A DNA stretch of 64,000 bases. It comes from Ancylonema sp. (Eukaryota). The translations under genes were made by a program, and so were the position numbers. The stretch's first letter is position 1; each line of letters starts with the position of its first letter. Under the pieces are notes generated by a model. That model was not told the origin of the DNA and ran no database searches. It saw only the letters and a program-made list of their open reading frames with translations. Of the stretch, positions 1-14,100 are shown in pieces. The DNA lies in the NCBI GenBank assembly GCA_050230475.1, contig JBFLGF010000049.1, positions 1 to 64,000 on the forward strand, read 5' to 3'.

Positions 1-440
1 TGCCACAATGTTGTCAACCTTCTCTCTATTCAATGGATGGTGCTAGCACAACATCCGTTGTTGTAAGCAACACCTTTCCTTTCCTTTTTTCTTTAAGGGG
101 CATGGCTAAGCGCATTTATTGTTGCTTGACACAACTAAATTAACCTCACAAACAAATACGGAATTGAATGTAAACTTGCAATGCACAACGGTGGGCCAAC
201 TAGCATGAAGGAAAGCAACATACATCATCGTTGCAATAAAACGTGTTACGAGGTGAGCCTTACTGTTTTGTTGGTGAATTCTGATATTTATTTGAGAAGA
301 CGGGGAACCACGGACAATGTTACCATCAATGAAAGTATGGCCGTGTAAGTAGCACAATTATTGATGCACCATGACTTGCAACAGGCTTCGCAGTTTCTTC
401 CCTAGAAGATCTGAAGCGGTCTCTGCCAATTTTGTCGCCC

Positions 441-856
441 TTAGTACGACTGTGGAGAGGAGCACGATCCACAGCAAAGTTCGAGGCAGCATTCGCATGA
501 CTCGTAGCACGCAAAGCAGCAGCAGGCAGCAAAAAGGCTGCAAACCAAGTGGCCAATATATCTCAATATATCTTAGTATACACGGTAAAACACGGTATGC
601 AAAACAATACGGGCCTGGAAGGGACTGCCTGGCTTCAGTGGGCTGGGCTGGGTACTTTTTCCGGTAACGCAATCAGAAATCGTTCTGTAGAGGTTGTAAT
701 ATCACGAATAAAGGTGCAGATGTAAAAGTACCACGTCCTAAATATTCAGGGTGCAGTACAGAAAACTGACCAGGCGTATAGACATCCATGGCTCTGGCTG
801 CGCTCCTGCACCATCTCCGTTGGCGACATACTCGGCTGAACCAATGGCGCGTCCAT
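441..856 (-). CDS. Cys-rich peptide, CDT1 (cadmium tolerant 1)/CYSTM-like, 60 aa, 2 exons
   Basis: Exons 856-771 and 537-441 with a GT..AG intron (770-538), 183 nt in total, translate to [60 protein letters not shown]. The GCLYAC-F-CCF-CYE-CECCL pattern matches the plant CDT1 family as I recall it. Confidence 0.85.
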
Positions 857-1467
857 TTTCGAAAGGAAAAGGTAACAATCTGCCAATATCATGACGGCGA
901 AGAAACATCAGATGTGATCAAGGCTTGCTTTTCCTCTGACCAGATTCCCTTCATACGAACAAATGACGAAGGAAAAAATAAGATCGAAAAAATAATAGCA
1001 CAGCCACACACCAGGAAGAAATGAAGAAGCGGAAGAAAAAAAGGCGGTGACGATCAATTCGTGACGCACCCACGCGGAGACTTGTTAGATGCTCTGGGGT
1101 TTCGTCCGCTAACACGTTAACACGCCTTCAATCACTGAGTAGAGCCGCGCGACGACCCTCCGGGCGGAAAACTTGCGCCACTTCTCGATGACGTGCACGA
1201 GGTCGCAGCCCGCAGCCCCGATTGGGCCAGACCAACCCCCAGCTCCAAAATTCATAGCCGGTGCGGGCTGCTAGTTAGTCGCGCACCCGTCCGCCGCGCA
1301 AGGTGTGCGACGTTTGCAATCAAGCGCGGCGCGGAAGCGATCACAAATCGTTTGCCGCACGCGGCCATTTTCAGTACCTGACTCAGTACTACGCAAGATT
1401 CGAAGTTGCTGCCCCAGCACAAGTAGCTTTCGCTGTACGACAAAGTTTGTCTCATGGCAGGACCCCG

Positions 1468-4141
1468 ATGACTGCAGTGCACCGCATCCTCAAGGGCAAT
1501 GCAACTCTGTCCCATTCAGTCGTATGTATTAAAGCAGGGATTCATTGTTTTGACTGCCCTTGGATAGGATCACGAGGGTCGCGTATTGCTCGTGACTTGC
1601 AGCCCGCAATCAAACAGGCGGCTCACTTACATTCTCCTTTTTTCATTCAGTCCTCGAACAACCGATTTCATCACCCGTCGGTTCCTGCCGCATTTTCTTC
1701 GAGCGCATATGTCTACACCAAGAATGCCCGTATCTCCCATACGGACCTCCGCTCTCTTGGTCGGCCCCTCCGCGTTTTTGTATTGGCGGGGGAACCCTCG
1801 GGCGACGCGATTGGTGGTCGCATGATGGCAGCAATGAAGCAGCTGAGACCTGTCGAGGTTGAATTCCGGGGTGTGGGGGGGTAAGTGTTCGTTGCCTCAC
1901 AGCAGCTGTCATGCCGCATCTGTGGAATGCAAGGGAGATAGAACATGAAAGTGAATGACAGTCTCAACGCTCCCAGTAAGCAGCGGTTCTGTAGAATGTT
2001 GTAGGGCATCTCATCGGTGCGCCCCTGCACACTCAGTTCTTCCATTCGATTGACGAAGCCCCTTCACAACGGCATTCGTACACCATGCAGTGCTAAAGTT
2101 GCTCCTGACGCCCATGCGGCAGCAGTCCATGTATGCAGTCTATCGGTTTGTCGTCTTTGGTCCCCCTCCGTGACCTGGCCTTCATGGGAATTGCGGAGCG
2201 TGCTTTACAGCTCCCAAGACTATGGGTACAGCATTTTCTCGGAACCTTCTCATGCCTCGAACTCAGAACCTACAATCTCGTCTCCCCTCGCTCCCGTTCC
2301 AGCTGAGGCTTCGGCAGGCAGCGAAGGCCATCGACAGCTGGCAGCCTGACGTCATCCTCACCATCGATGCCAAAGGTTTCGCCTTCAGATTGCTCCGCAG
2401 GATCAAGTTCAACGGTATATCCCCAACCCCACCACAATCTGCACTTTTCCGGCAGTCGGCTTCACTCCCATCCCCTGATTGCCTTGGCAGTAAGTAGCAC
2501 ACACGAAGGCCGGTCCCGCCCGCTATGCATTCACTATGTGGCCCCTTCCTTCTGGGCTTGGAAGGGAGGCGTGGAGGCTCTGCAGGTAGGTCGACGAATC
2601 CTGAGCAGCAGGAAAACAAGAGGGGAACATCTGAAACCAGGAATCATATATCTCCTTCAGGGTCTCAAGGGCGTAGTAGATCACCTGCTCTGCATTCTCC
2701 CTCACGAACCCGCCACCTGTCACGCGGCTGGGCTCGCGGCGACCTTCGTCGGCCACCCCGCCTTGGAAGACCTGAGGCATGCCGACAGTGAGGGCTGGAT
2801 TTCAGATACGCGAATGGCAGGCAACGGAGGCAGGGGAGCCTCATTTCTCGGGGGCGTGGGGTTCAGGACCTCTTCTAGCCCCCCCCAACCTGGGAGGACG
2901 GCAGTGGGGACGGGGGTGGGAAGATTTTCGGCGTCAATTTGGACTTCCTCAGATCTCCTGGCCAGGTGAGGGGACCACTGCCGCTGCTAATGGCAGCAAT
3001 GACGGACGCCAGGTGTCATTCTGAGATTCATTCCTGTACTTGACCAGGGCGCGGCCCTGTGCTGTGTGTGCTGCCTGGAAGCCGGGACCAGGAAAGGAGA
3101 CGCATGCTGCCAATTTTCGGGGCCGCTCTGCGCCAGCTGGCACGTGATAAAAGGTTCAGAAACCTCTTTCTGGTGTTGCTCACCCTTCCTGATCCGTTGG
3201 CAACGAAGCAGGTGCAGGCAGCAGTGGATAGCTGGGGCCTGCCAGCTGTCGTGCTTCCATTGGGATCAGGATCCCCGTCCAAGTACAGCGCATTTCAGGT
3301 GTGCTCCCGACACTCGTACCCTCCTTTTTCCCCGAATTAGAGGGGAATCGATGTCGGCATATTGTCGAAGTACATTCCGCCCCCTCAACATTCCCCCTCA
3401 TGTCTCCAACATATATGCCCTCATTTCCGACCGCAGGCCTGTGACGCTGCCCTCTGCTGCTCCGGTACAGCTGTCGTCGAGCTCATGCTGGCCGGCGTTG
3501 CCACAGTGGTCGCCTACCGCGCCCACCCCCTCACCGAGCACATAGCCAAGAGGAGGTGAGGAGAGGGAGTCCACTTGTACCATTTGTGGCTCCTTCCTTT
3601 GCCTCACCCTGCTGCTGGTACTGCTGCTGACCCCCCGCAGGGCTGTGGTGCGATTCGCGTCCATCCCCAATCTGTTGCTCGACGCTCCCGTCGTCCCGGA
3701 GGCGCTCTTCAACGAATGCACGCCACAAAGGCTGGCGGAGATGATCAGGTTGCCTCTCCTTCCCTCGCCAAAATTTCCAACGTAGACAGAGGCTGAAAGA
3801 AACGGTGAGAATGTTCATCAGAAGCGCCGCGAAAAAGATGCGTGAATTTCCTCATGCTCTCAATACTCGATTCCAATCCCAAATGGCTTCCACAGGTGTA
3901 GCTGCCTCCAAGCTATGTGGTTCCACTAACCCCCTGCCCACCCCCCCCTTCTCTTTTCAGCAACTTGCTTCTCCACGAGGACCAGCGGCGGGCACAGCAG
4001 GCGGCGGCTGCACAGTTGATGAGGCTCCTTGCTCCCCCCTGTGGGGCCGATGGTCAGGAGAGGGTACCAAGCGAAATTGCAGCCTCTGTCATTTTCTCCG
4101 AGCTGGAAAGGAGGCTTGAAGCTGGAGCATTGCGAAGTTGA
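1468..4141 (+). CDS. LpxB: Lipid-A-disaccharide synthase (plant-type, probable organellar presequence), ~534 aa, 10 exons
   Basis: Exons 1468-1880, 2126-2225, 2303-2414, 2491-2585, 2661-2787, 2867-2965, 3048-3298, 3437-3555, 3641-3748, 3961-4141 are all GT-AG and sum to 1605 nt in frame. Motifs: VFVLAGEPSGD, FRGVGG, TIDAKGF, HYVAPSFWAW, FVGHP, LPGSRDQE, CCSGT, SIPNLL. The start codon and the 2788-2866 intron (alternative acceptor 2878) are inferred. Confidence 0.92.
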
Positions 4142-5722
4142 TGGGGGATCAGGAGTGATGTCTTCTGTGTTTGTCAACTCTTTGCTCGTACTCTATAACT
4201 CTTTCTTGTTTTCTTTCTTTTCCGACATTGGTTTCGGCAATGGTTGTCTGCCAATGATTGCTGTTTTGATGTGTGGTATCAATCAGCGTAGGATGAGGAA
4301 GCCTGACTGGTGTTGGGCTCAAAAAGTATTGTAGAACTCAGCCTAGGTGTGCGATCTGATGCGCATCATGCAACATCCCGGACATGCTTTCTAAGTTGGT
4401 AGAATGTGGTCAACCACCTAGTCTTGTGTGTGGGTAATGATCACCTCGTCTTTGAGGCCAACATCAGAATCGTCATTGACTGCATCAAAAAGAAGCACAT
4501 AATGGTTTTTCATTTTCATTGTATTTCAATCGCCCAAACCCCTCTCTACTATCTCAATCACTGACGACAAATCATAGTTGGGCTTCGCCCCGATGGGGAA
4601 ATCTCCGATCCGGGGCCGATTATAGGTAAAAGTATTGATTTTTTTTATATATAAAATCATATGCACCAAATGTGCGAGGTCCCAATTTTGAACCGAGGTC
4701 CATCCGTCTAGGGCAACATGCCGGACCGGCGGTAGTAGGACACTTTCGGTTTTTCTTTCGGGACGAGGAGAATTAAAAATGGAAAAACTATTCCTACTAA
4801 TACTATTTTTTTATTTTTTAATGGAAAACTATATTGTTGTTAGTTTTTAGGGTCTGTGAACTTTTGTCTTTATATCGATTTTAGGGCTTAAGTTTAGCTT
4901 TGTCGATTTTTTCGTTTTGCCCGTCGATATGATTTTGATGTTACTTGGCAGACGTGGCAGACATGTCGATAAGAATATGATTGACAAAGCATATAATAGA
5001 ATATGACTGGTGTTGACTCATTACTTCGATAAGTAGAGATTCTTTGACTAGGAGGGGGCACGAACCACACTCGACTGTACAAGGTCTAGCCTTGCATGCA
5101 TCTGCAAGGGCACAGAGTTGGAACCAGAAGAGGTATTTGCCAGATATGATGATGAGCACTGGCCACTAAACGAACCTGAGATGGATCAGTACTCCGTCGA
5201 TCTGAAGAGCTTTCGAAAAAGAACTAAAAAGGTTGTGATGCTGCTCATGTCACTTGTCAGTGAGGATATTGCCACTGTGGTGGAGCAGTATGAAAGAGAT
5301 CCTAAATCGATGTGGGATTATCTGAGAGAAGAGTATGATAAAGTGACTCCCGAACTTCGACAGCTTGCTAAGGAGAAGCTGACCTCGTTCAAAGTGAATG
5401 AGAAACTGTCGGTTCGAGATATCAAGCTGGAATTTCTATCGATTCTGCGGGAGTGCACACATCAGAAGTATAAAGTCAGCAAAGAAGACCAGGTCATGAC
5501 GTTGTTTTCCGGAATGGCAAGAACCAAGTATGGACTTATAAAGCGGCTCTATTACGGACACAAAGAGGCACCTAGCATCGAGTGGATCTGGGCACAGATG
5601 GGAGTCGACGAACTGGATGACAAGAAAGAGCAGGCAGTGAGGGATGACGACGCGCTGGTAGCTGAAGCACACTATGCAAAATTGACAACCCGTCAAAATC
5701 TTGGAGATCGAAGCAGAGGTGG

Positions 5723-8700
5723 TGTTGCTGCTATCTTCTGCCATCGATGCAAGAAGTAACAGTCTTCACACTCTTGAAACAAACATTCACAGCTTTACAA
5801 TCACACACAACAAAAGTGCTAGTTTGAGGTAGATTGATTGATCGCAGAATTATGCGTGCAAGCCGTGACTGAGTACAATCGAGTGTGATCCATGCCCCCT
5901 CCTAGTCAAAGATCTCTACAGGTCTCTTCTGCCACCGTTTCTGGAGTTTTTGATTCGGCATCCAATCCAGCAACATATGGAGCGACAAATCTGTTTGTTG
6001 GAGTACCTTTGTTTTCACGAGCCGAGCGTCGAACTTCACCTTGAGCAGCCTTGACAGCTTCCTTGATTTTCTCCTTTGCAGTTGTGAATACTAGATTCTC
6101 AGGGGTTGCTTCATCGGGATACCATTCATGCCCATCTTCCAGCAGATCCTGATCACTTGCATCCCCACTCGAATTGCTTACAAGCTCAAGACACTTGTCA
6201 TTCTGAGGAGGAGGAAGTGCCGGAAGCTGAGGCAAAGGATTACCATCAACATCAGGAACCCCTTCATCGACAGAAGGCCAATTTCCTTTGCGAGTAAGCG
6301 TTTCGTCTGCCACAATTAGATTTGGCCACTCCATGTCGACGGATGCATCCAGTTCACAGATTTTTCCTTTCTTCCCAATATTCTACCCTCTCCACCATCC
6401 AGCTCCAACAAATTCGTCAAAATCAGCATGTGCGTGACCAACGTTGTGAACTTTATTCGTGGTCGGATCCCACACTCTGTGACAGGGACTTTATGAGTTC
6501 CAGCCAACAAGCACTCCCATCCAAGCCAGCGCTGCCATCTTGCCCTGTCGATCTCTTTTCTCCATGCGCACATAAACTTTGCAGTCGTAGGAGCGAAGAT
6601 GATCTACATGAGGTGTGCTCCCAGTCCACATTTCTTCTAGAGTCTTTGGTAAATTCGTAACTTTGCAGCGATTTCGAAGATATGATGCATGAGAGATGGC
6701 TTCAGCCCATAGACCTGGAGGAATTTGCATGTGGAGGAGCATTGATCGAGCTCGATCCTGCAGAGTTCAATCGAAAATCACCATCGAAGAATTCTCCTCC
6801 CCTGTCTGACCGCAGATTCTTGACAGCTTTTCCACTTTGTCGTTGCCAGATTGCCATCCACTCTTTCATACGAGGAGCAGCGTCACTTTTCGAGCGCAGA
6901 ATTTCTACCCATGATTTTCTGTTGTACTCGTCGACAATCACCATGTTGTAGACACCTCCCCCAAGCGACGCTGGTTGAAAAGGTCCCGCCCAACCCACTG
7001 AAATTCTTCCCAGACAAACGTTTTCACCTGCTCCTAGTTCCCTGCTTGGATGCGGTCGATCATGTGCTTTGCCGAGTTTGCAGCCCTCACAATTTGCAAG
7101 GATTCCAGAAACACCTCCCTCAAGTCCACGCACCAGATCTGCTTTTCCCAATTCTCTCAGCACCCTTTCATTTGCATGACCAAGACGTCGATGCATAACG
7201 TTGACATCGACAGCTGCAACGACCGCTTCCCCTTCACTTTGTCGATGCTGACGCAATGGTGTGCAGATCAATGTATGACGACCAGAGGTGGACTCACGAA
7301 TTGTGCAGATCTGTTTTCCATCTTTCCGAAAGACTGAAATTATTCCACTTGCTGGTCCTTGAAATGTATACTCCCACCCCTGTGCTCTCGCTTTTTGTCC
7401 GCTGAAAAGATTGACTCTCATCCCTGGTATATACAGACAATTCTGCTGAGTAATTTCTCCACATTCGCCCTCCGTTTCAAGCTCAACAGTTCCCCACTGC
7501 TTGACACTCACACTACCAACGAGATGATGCATGACAATTTCTTGCGGAATGTCGATCAAAGTTTTGAAGTGTGCTCGCTGTCCACTTGAATGATGGCTGG
7601 AACCGTCATCCCATAGAAATCCTATCTCCTCATCTCCTTCACCAACACGTCCTTCACAAATTTCACCAACCACCATTTCGCCATGTCCACAATCACCTCC
7701 CTCATCAGTCTCGCTCACATGTGCAGATTTTCGACCTGTGTGCTGATTTATGCGCAGCATTCGAGGAGCCTGATTTTTCTTGTCGAAGTAGGTAAATTCA
7801 ATGTGTCCGATCGCACCACAATAGTCACAAGTATCATCTTTTCTCGGACAGTCTTTGCTGAAATGAGTTGTACGACCACACGTATAACAAGAATGACCAC
7901 CTCCTGCACTTCTTCCTCCTCCACCACCACGATCAGATCTGCCTCCTCGATATCCACTATAATCTCCCCTGCCAGCACCTTTGCCACCTCCTCTATCAAA
8001 GCCTCCACCTCTGCCTCGATTCAAAAAATTCTGTTTCGCATTCCACTTTGCATAATTTGCTTCAGCGACAAGTGCTTCAGCATCTCTTTCACCTTGCTCT
8101 TTCTGATCGTCCAGTTCATCAACCCCCATTTGTGCCCAGATCCAGCTGATTCCTGGTGCCTCTGCTTGACCAAAGTACAACTTTTTGAGCACTCCATACT
8201 TGGTTCTTGACATCCCTGCGAACAGCGCCATCACTTGGTCCTCCTCACTGACTTTATACTTTTGATGTGCGCAGGATCTGATGATCGATAAAAAAATATT
8301 TATTGATGTCTCGAACTGACAACTTCACATTTACTTTGAAAAAAAATCAGCTGTTGCTTGGCGAGCTGCTTCAGCTCCGGTGTAACTTTATCAAACTCAT
8401 CTTTCAGGTACTTCCACATGGCTGCTGGTTTCCTCTCATACTCCTCAAAAGCTATAGCTATGTCTTCACTCACAAGCCCCATAAGCAGCATTACAACTTT
8501 CTTAGTTCGTTTTCGAAAACTTCTGATGTCTTCTGTGTACTGATCCATCTCATCCCGGTTTGTGATCCAGTTCTCGTCATCATATGCTGGGTAAACCCTT
8601 TGGTTCTGTTTCTATTCCCTTGCAGATCTCAAGACAGTCTGCGTCATCGAGTGTTGCAGATGCCTTAGATCGCCAAGCTTGGAGAAAGAAACTTTGTCTC

Positions 8701-9136
8701 CATCTAAAATGCAGTACCTTGCTTTGATACCACTGTTGCTGCTATCTTTTGCCATCGATGCAAGAAGTAACAGTCTTCACACTCTTGAAACAAACATTCA
8801 CAGCTTTACAAACACACACAAAAAGTGCAAGTTTGAGGTAAATTGATTGATTACAGGATTCTGCGTGCAAGCCCTGACTGAGTACAATCGAGTGTGATCC
8901 AAGCCCCCTCCTAGTCAAAGATCTCTACTGATCAGAACTACTAGTCAACTCCAATCATAATCAAGCATTGTGCCAGATCATCTAAACTTATCGACAAACT
9001 GCCAGATGGCCAGAACTAATCATCGTAATCATATCGATAGGCAAAACGACAAAATCGACAAAACTAAAAACTTAACTTCCGAACAAAGCCTAAAATCGAT
9101 ATACCGACAAAAGTTCACAGACCCTCCCTGGGAACT
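5723..9136 (-). mobile_element. Ty1/Copia element B nested in gag of A (lacks RT/RNase H)
   Basis: TSD GGTGG at 5718-5722 and 9137-9141. 5' LTR 9136-8734, PBS TGGTATCAAAGC (8732-8721), partial 3' LTR ~5918-5723. Frameshifted gag, CCHC knuckle (CYTCGRTTHFSKDC), HRRLGH..CEGC, integrase (LRSDRGGEF; GLWAEAISHASYLRNR). Confidence 0.9.
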
Positions 9137-11139
9137 GGTGGCCGTATCGATGATCAAAAGGGCAGACGCGTTGCTAGATAAAATTTCAATATTGGCCGTG
9201 AAAGCAGAAGTGGAAGAGGTGGTGGTGATGGATCAAGTGGAGGACTTTCTTGTTACACGTGTGGAGACGCAGGTAATTACAGCAGAGACTGTACGACGAA
9301 AGATGCTGAATGCAAGTATTGTGGAGCGATCGGTCATGTGGAGCTCACCTGTTTCGACAAGAAAAATGACTCTCCACGTATGCAGCGAAGAGGGGTGCGC
9401 ACAGGCCGCAAAACAGCCTTTGTCGGATAAATTGAACATGATGGAGGCTGCGGTCATGGGGAAGCTGTTGTTGCTAAGATCTTCGATGGACATTCAGCAG
9501 ATCATGAAAAAGAAAATGAATTCTTGTTCGACGACGGATCCAGTCATCACTCGAGTGGGCAAAAACATATTTTCAAAGATCTTGAGGATATCCTCATGGA
9601 ATTACTTTGCAACATCTGGCTGGAAGCGTGCATGTGCAGCAATGGGAAACAGTGGAATCAAACACAAAAAGAGAATGTGGTGGCATAACTCTGAAGAATT
9701 GTCTATACATTCCTGGCATGCGCACAAACTTGTTCAATGGACAAAAGGCAAGAGAAGCAGGCTGGACGTATAGTTGCAATGGTAAAGCAGGTGGCAGAAT
9801 TCCTGTGTTCACCAAAAATGGCAAGCAAGTCTGCACTCTACAGAAGACATCCACTGGTCGGAAAACGTTGATATGCACTCCAGTTCGAGAGAACATTGTT
9901 GCGAATGTCCACGTCGAAATTTTGTACACAAGCCTTGAGCACGATGAGATTACTAAATGTGTGAAAGATCAGATGGTGGACTAGAAAAAAGAGCTGCAGG
10001 AGTGGGACAAACAATCGATTATCGTGAGGCAAAGTCTGGAAGGTGCTGTTTTTGGAGTCGGAGGGGGCTTTTCCGGAAGTGGGCAACCTGCCACAGCTAA
10101 TCTGAATTCTTTCGATAAAGCGACCCCCGACGCTGTGGGAAATCCTTTGCCACAGTTTCAGGGTGCCCTTCCTTTTTAGAATGAAGAGCTTCCAGAACTT
10201 GTGAGCAATTCAAGTGGTGAGGTCGATGACCAAGATCCTGAGCCATGGTGTACAGATGCTGTCAACTTTCTTTCTCCTCGTCATCTTGGTAACCCTGTCG
10301 ATGAGCCAGCTGTTGTGGATCCATCTGATGCAAATTCTGAGAACACAAAGAAAGGTGTTCCAAAGTCTGTTCCTAACATTGTAGCAAGGACAACTAAGAC
10401 AATAACTTTAGAGACATTGACTGAGGCTTTAACCAACCCTGAAAGATATGAGTGGCAAGCAGCGATGGCAGCAGAGATCAAAGAAAAAGAAGTTTATCAG
10501 ATTGTCAACAACCCAACAGGAAAGAAAGTCGGTGACTTCAAATGGGTGTTCAAAATGATGTTTTTTGCAGATGGGCAAGTTATTGCAAAGTTTAAAGCCA
10601 GGGTAGTGGCTGATGGTTGTGCACTTGCTGACATTGAGGATGATGAGTACAATTCTGCAGTGATGAACTTGTCCTCTGTATTCTCTGGAAGTCCCCAAGA
10701 TGTGGAAGCAACTCTCACCTCTTTGAGTTGCTACAATCAGCATTTTGAGATGCCACAATGGGAGGGGGCACCAAGTTTAGCATATGTCAAGGAACGTGAC
10801 CGGTTGAACTGGCAATATCCCCAAGCAGGAAATCTGCAGACTCTTTCCTATTCTGTTCCTGATGCTGATGATGATGCCGAAAATTGCAAAAGCAAGGGAA
10901 CTCTGACCTCGGAAGGAAGTGTGTTCATGGAGTTGAATTGATGCGTGGGTTAAAAACTAGTTTTTGGTAAACTCTTCAGAATTTTGATGTCTATGCAAGT
11001 CAAGACAAGGTGCTTTAGAATTGGTTTGGGACAAATGTATGGTTTCTTGGTTTTGTTCTTTCTTTTTCGGCTTATGTCTTGGTGAAAATCGATATCGTTG
11101 TTTATCGTTTTTGGAGGGGGGAAACAAAAGTTCCCAGGC

Positions 11140-14100
11140 TGTATAAGCTTTTGAGTGATTAGACGTGCCGGAATAATTAGGTGGGCGACAAAACGAACCG
11201 TACGCAAAAGGATCTCTCTCACTCATGATCAACGAGACAGGAGTTGCGGGTGTGGAACGAATTATTATTGTGATTGCATCGGGGATGGTAATACCCGATG
11301 CGCTTTAAAGATTGTTGTGTGCCGACGGTCGGCACAATTGACCGTCGGGTCGGCACAATTGACCGTCGGCCTATCATTGACTGACAACTCTTCTACATGT
11401 CAACGGCACATGCCGGACATTTCTGACACGACTAAACAATCCAATCGCGACGCGTCAAACAAATAACGTCTCTAAGCGTCGGCAACATGTCAGGTGCCCG
11501 GGCACAAACTTGCCCGGCCCAGCATACAGGCACATCTAGAATATTGCTCCCGGTTAGAGTAGCATAACATGGCTATCCAAAATATTCTAACACACCCACT
11601 CGGATGCCATGCTAAAGTTGGCATAGATGCAGACATCAAAAGGTACCCAAGTCATTGCCAAATCATGGCAGAACCATTGCATACATATAAAGCAGTTTTG
11701 GTCCCCTAGCATACAAGCGTGCTAGGGGTTTTCTATCGACAAATGCAGCCGTTCGGAAGCCGATCGGAACTCCATGAAGTCGAACGCTCCAGATCCTTAG
11801 TTTTTTCAGGCCGAAGCCCTGAACATACAAACAAATACCACGAGTTAGGCGAAAAAAAACAAAAAAACTTATGAGAATATTTTTGATTTTTTAACTTTTT
11901 CAACTATGATTCTGAAACTTTTACACTTTCCAGTCAGAAAAAAATCTCAAAACAGCATAACTTCAAAATTACCAGTCCTATCAGCACCGACTTTTGACAA
12001 AAGTTTTGCAACAATGATTAGGACATGCATTCGAAAATTCAGAACAAACTGACAAGTTTAAAGTTGAGCAGATCCACACTTTCTGATTTTAAAGTGTCAA
12101 GTGTTCTTTTCAAGGTATTAAGGTGAAAGTGTGACTTTGTGACTTAGCTGGATCAGAGCTGAAGTGTTGGTGTACCCTCCCCATTACTTCTGCATGAAAA
12201 ACATAACAACACACCCCCTGCCAACATGCATGGCAGTCGAAACCTTCGATCATAAAAATAAAAGAAAAGACTGACACCCCCAGTTCAGTATAACTGTCCA
12301 ACACCTAGACTTTTGCTGTGTCTGTCCAATAAAACTTGGGGAAGAGCTTTAGTTAGCATATCTGCTGGTTGATTTGCGCCTGCAAGATACACATATTTTA
12401 GTTTGAGTCTCCCCGTGGCTGTGGCATTCCCGTACCCAGTGATATACCACATTAAAATGTTTTTGCTTTCTGTCTTTGCACAGAGGATTCTGAATCATGG
12501 AGAGAGCTGAGGTTGAGTCAGTGTGGATTTTGGTGTGGGAATTGAGTTCTTTCAAGAGAGACTTAGATAACAGCATTCTTTAGACACACTACAGGCAGCA
12601 TATACTCAGCCCGCAGTGCTGTTGCAACAGTGGACTGTTTCTGTGACTTCCAACTCAGTGCTGTCCCCCCCAACCGTGGTTACCCATCCCTGTGACTCTG
12701 ACTTCCCTGTCATGCTACAACTGTTCCAATGATGCATCGCAGTAACCCTTTACTTCAAATAGTGTCTTTTCCCACAAACGTCAGTCCGTGGTTGACAGTT
12801 CCCTTTAAAGGTATCTGAATAGTTGATGTAATGCCCTTATGTGTGCGACCCCAGGATTTCCCATGTGTTTAGCCAGTACCCCAAGTGCATACCCGATGTC
12901 CAGTCTGGTTTGTTTCATGGCATATATGAGTGATCCCACTTTCCCACGAAAGTCTGTTATTTCTTCAGGGGTAGGGGGAAGAGTTGGTTCATCATTCAGT
13001 GTAAACTGAGTTCCAGGGGCGAGGGGTTTGGAGTTTGGTTGGATTACACTCATGCATCCCATAGCGTTCGAGCACTCCCCTTAAGAAACCTGACTGTCCC
13101 AGTGTGAGCAGTCTTCTCTGTCTATCCCTCTTCACTTCCACCCCCAGGATATGGGTTAGGGGACCCAGATCCTTGACTTTGAACTTTTTACCCATATCTT
13201 TAAAAGTTTTGACGACCATTGCGTTAGGATTTGATCACCTGATCATCTACATGTATTCCCAGTATGATTCTGCTGTCTGCTTCCCCCCTCATATATATAC
13301 ATGTGTCCATTACGCATTGTGTAAACCCTTCAGATATCATAAACTTTCTGTTGAACATCTTTTGCCACACGTGGCTACTCTGTTTTAGACCGTATAAAGC
13401 CCCCTTCAGTCGTAAGACCTTTCCCTCAGCACCCCCATTGATATGCATACGTGGTGGTATGTATTTTCATATAAACTCTTCCAGACGTCCATGCAAGAAC
13501 GCTGTGATTACGTCCATCTGTTCCAGTTCCCAGTCATATTGGTTGGCTATAGAGAGGAGTAGGGTGATAGATGTACTGTCGATTACTGGTGCAAATACTC
13601 GTTATAGTCAATACCCTCTTGCTATAAGAATCCCTGTGCGACCAGTCTGACTTTATATCTTTCTATATCCCCCTGTGGTGTTGTTTTGACCTTAAAAACA
13701 TATCCGCACCCCACAGCCTTTTTTACCTGGAAGGAAAGCACACACACCTCCAAAGGTGTTGAACGTCCTCCAGGGCAGCGAGCTCTTCCACCAATGGCCC
13801 TGTCCCACTGGTCCCAGTCTGGCCTCTCATCATCGCATGGTTGAGGGTGAGTGGCGGAGGAGTTGCTGTTAGATGCTACGCACGCGTAGCCCGGATCCAC
13901 AGGACCGTTGAAGCCAGTGTAGAAACTGCTGGGCTCCCACTCAGTCGCCGAGTAGTTGGCGTGAGCTGCGTCATCGAACTCCTCCCCATCACATCACATG
14001 AGATCCCCATACTCGGCAAAGTTGGCTCGCCTTCTAGCCATTCACCCGATCAGCTACGCTGCCAGGCTCCCCCACTCCTGGGTTCGCACCCCCTCCTTGC

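Noticed and set aside
2761..2965. Apparent frameshift in LpxB
   Set aside because: A 79-nt (2788-2866) or 91-nt GT-AG intron of typical size restores the frame.
1468..4141. LpxB or the histidine kinase as recent bacterial HGT or contamination
   Set aside because: Both have many spliceosomal introns and plant-type architecture, and these families are established in green plants.
8970..9773. 267-aa plus-strand ORF as a real gene
   Set aside because: It crosses B's antisense LTR and an off-frame reading of A's gag; only its end enters the true frame.
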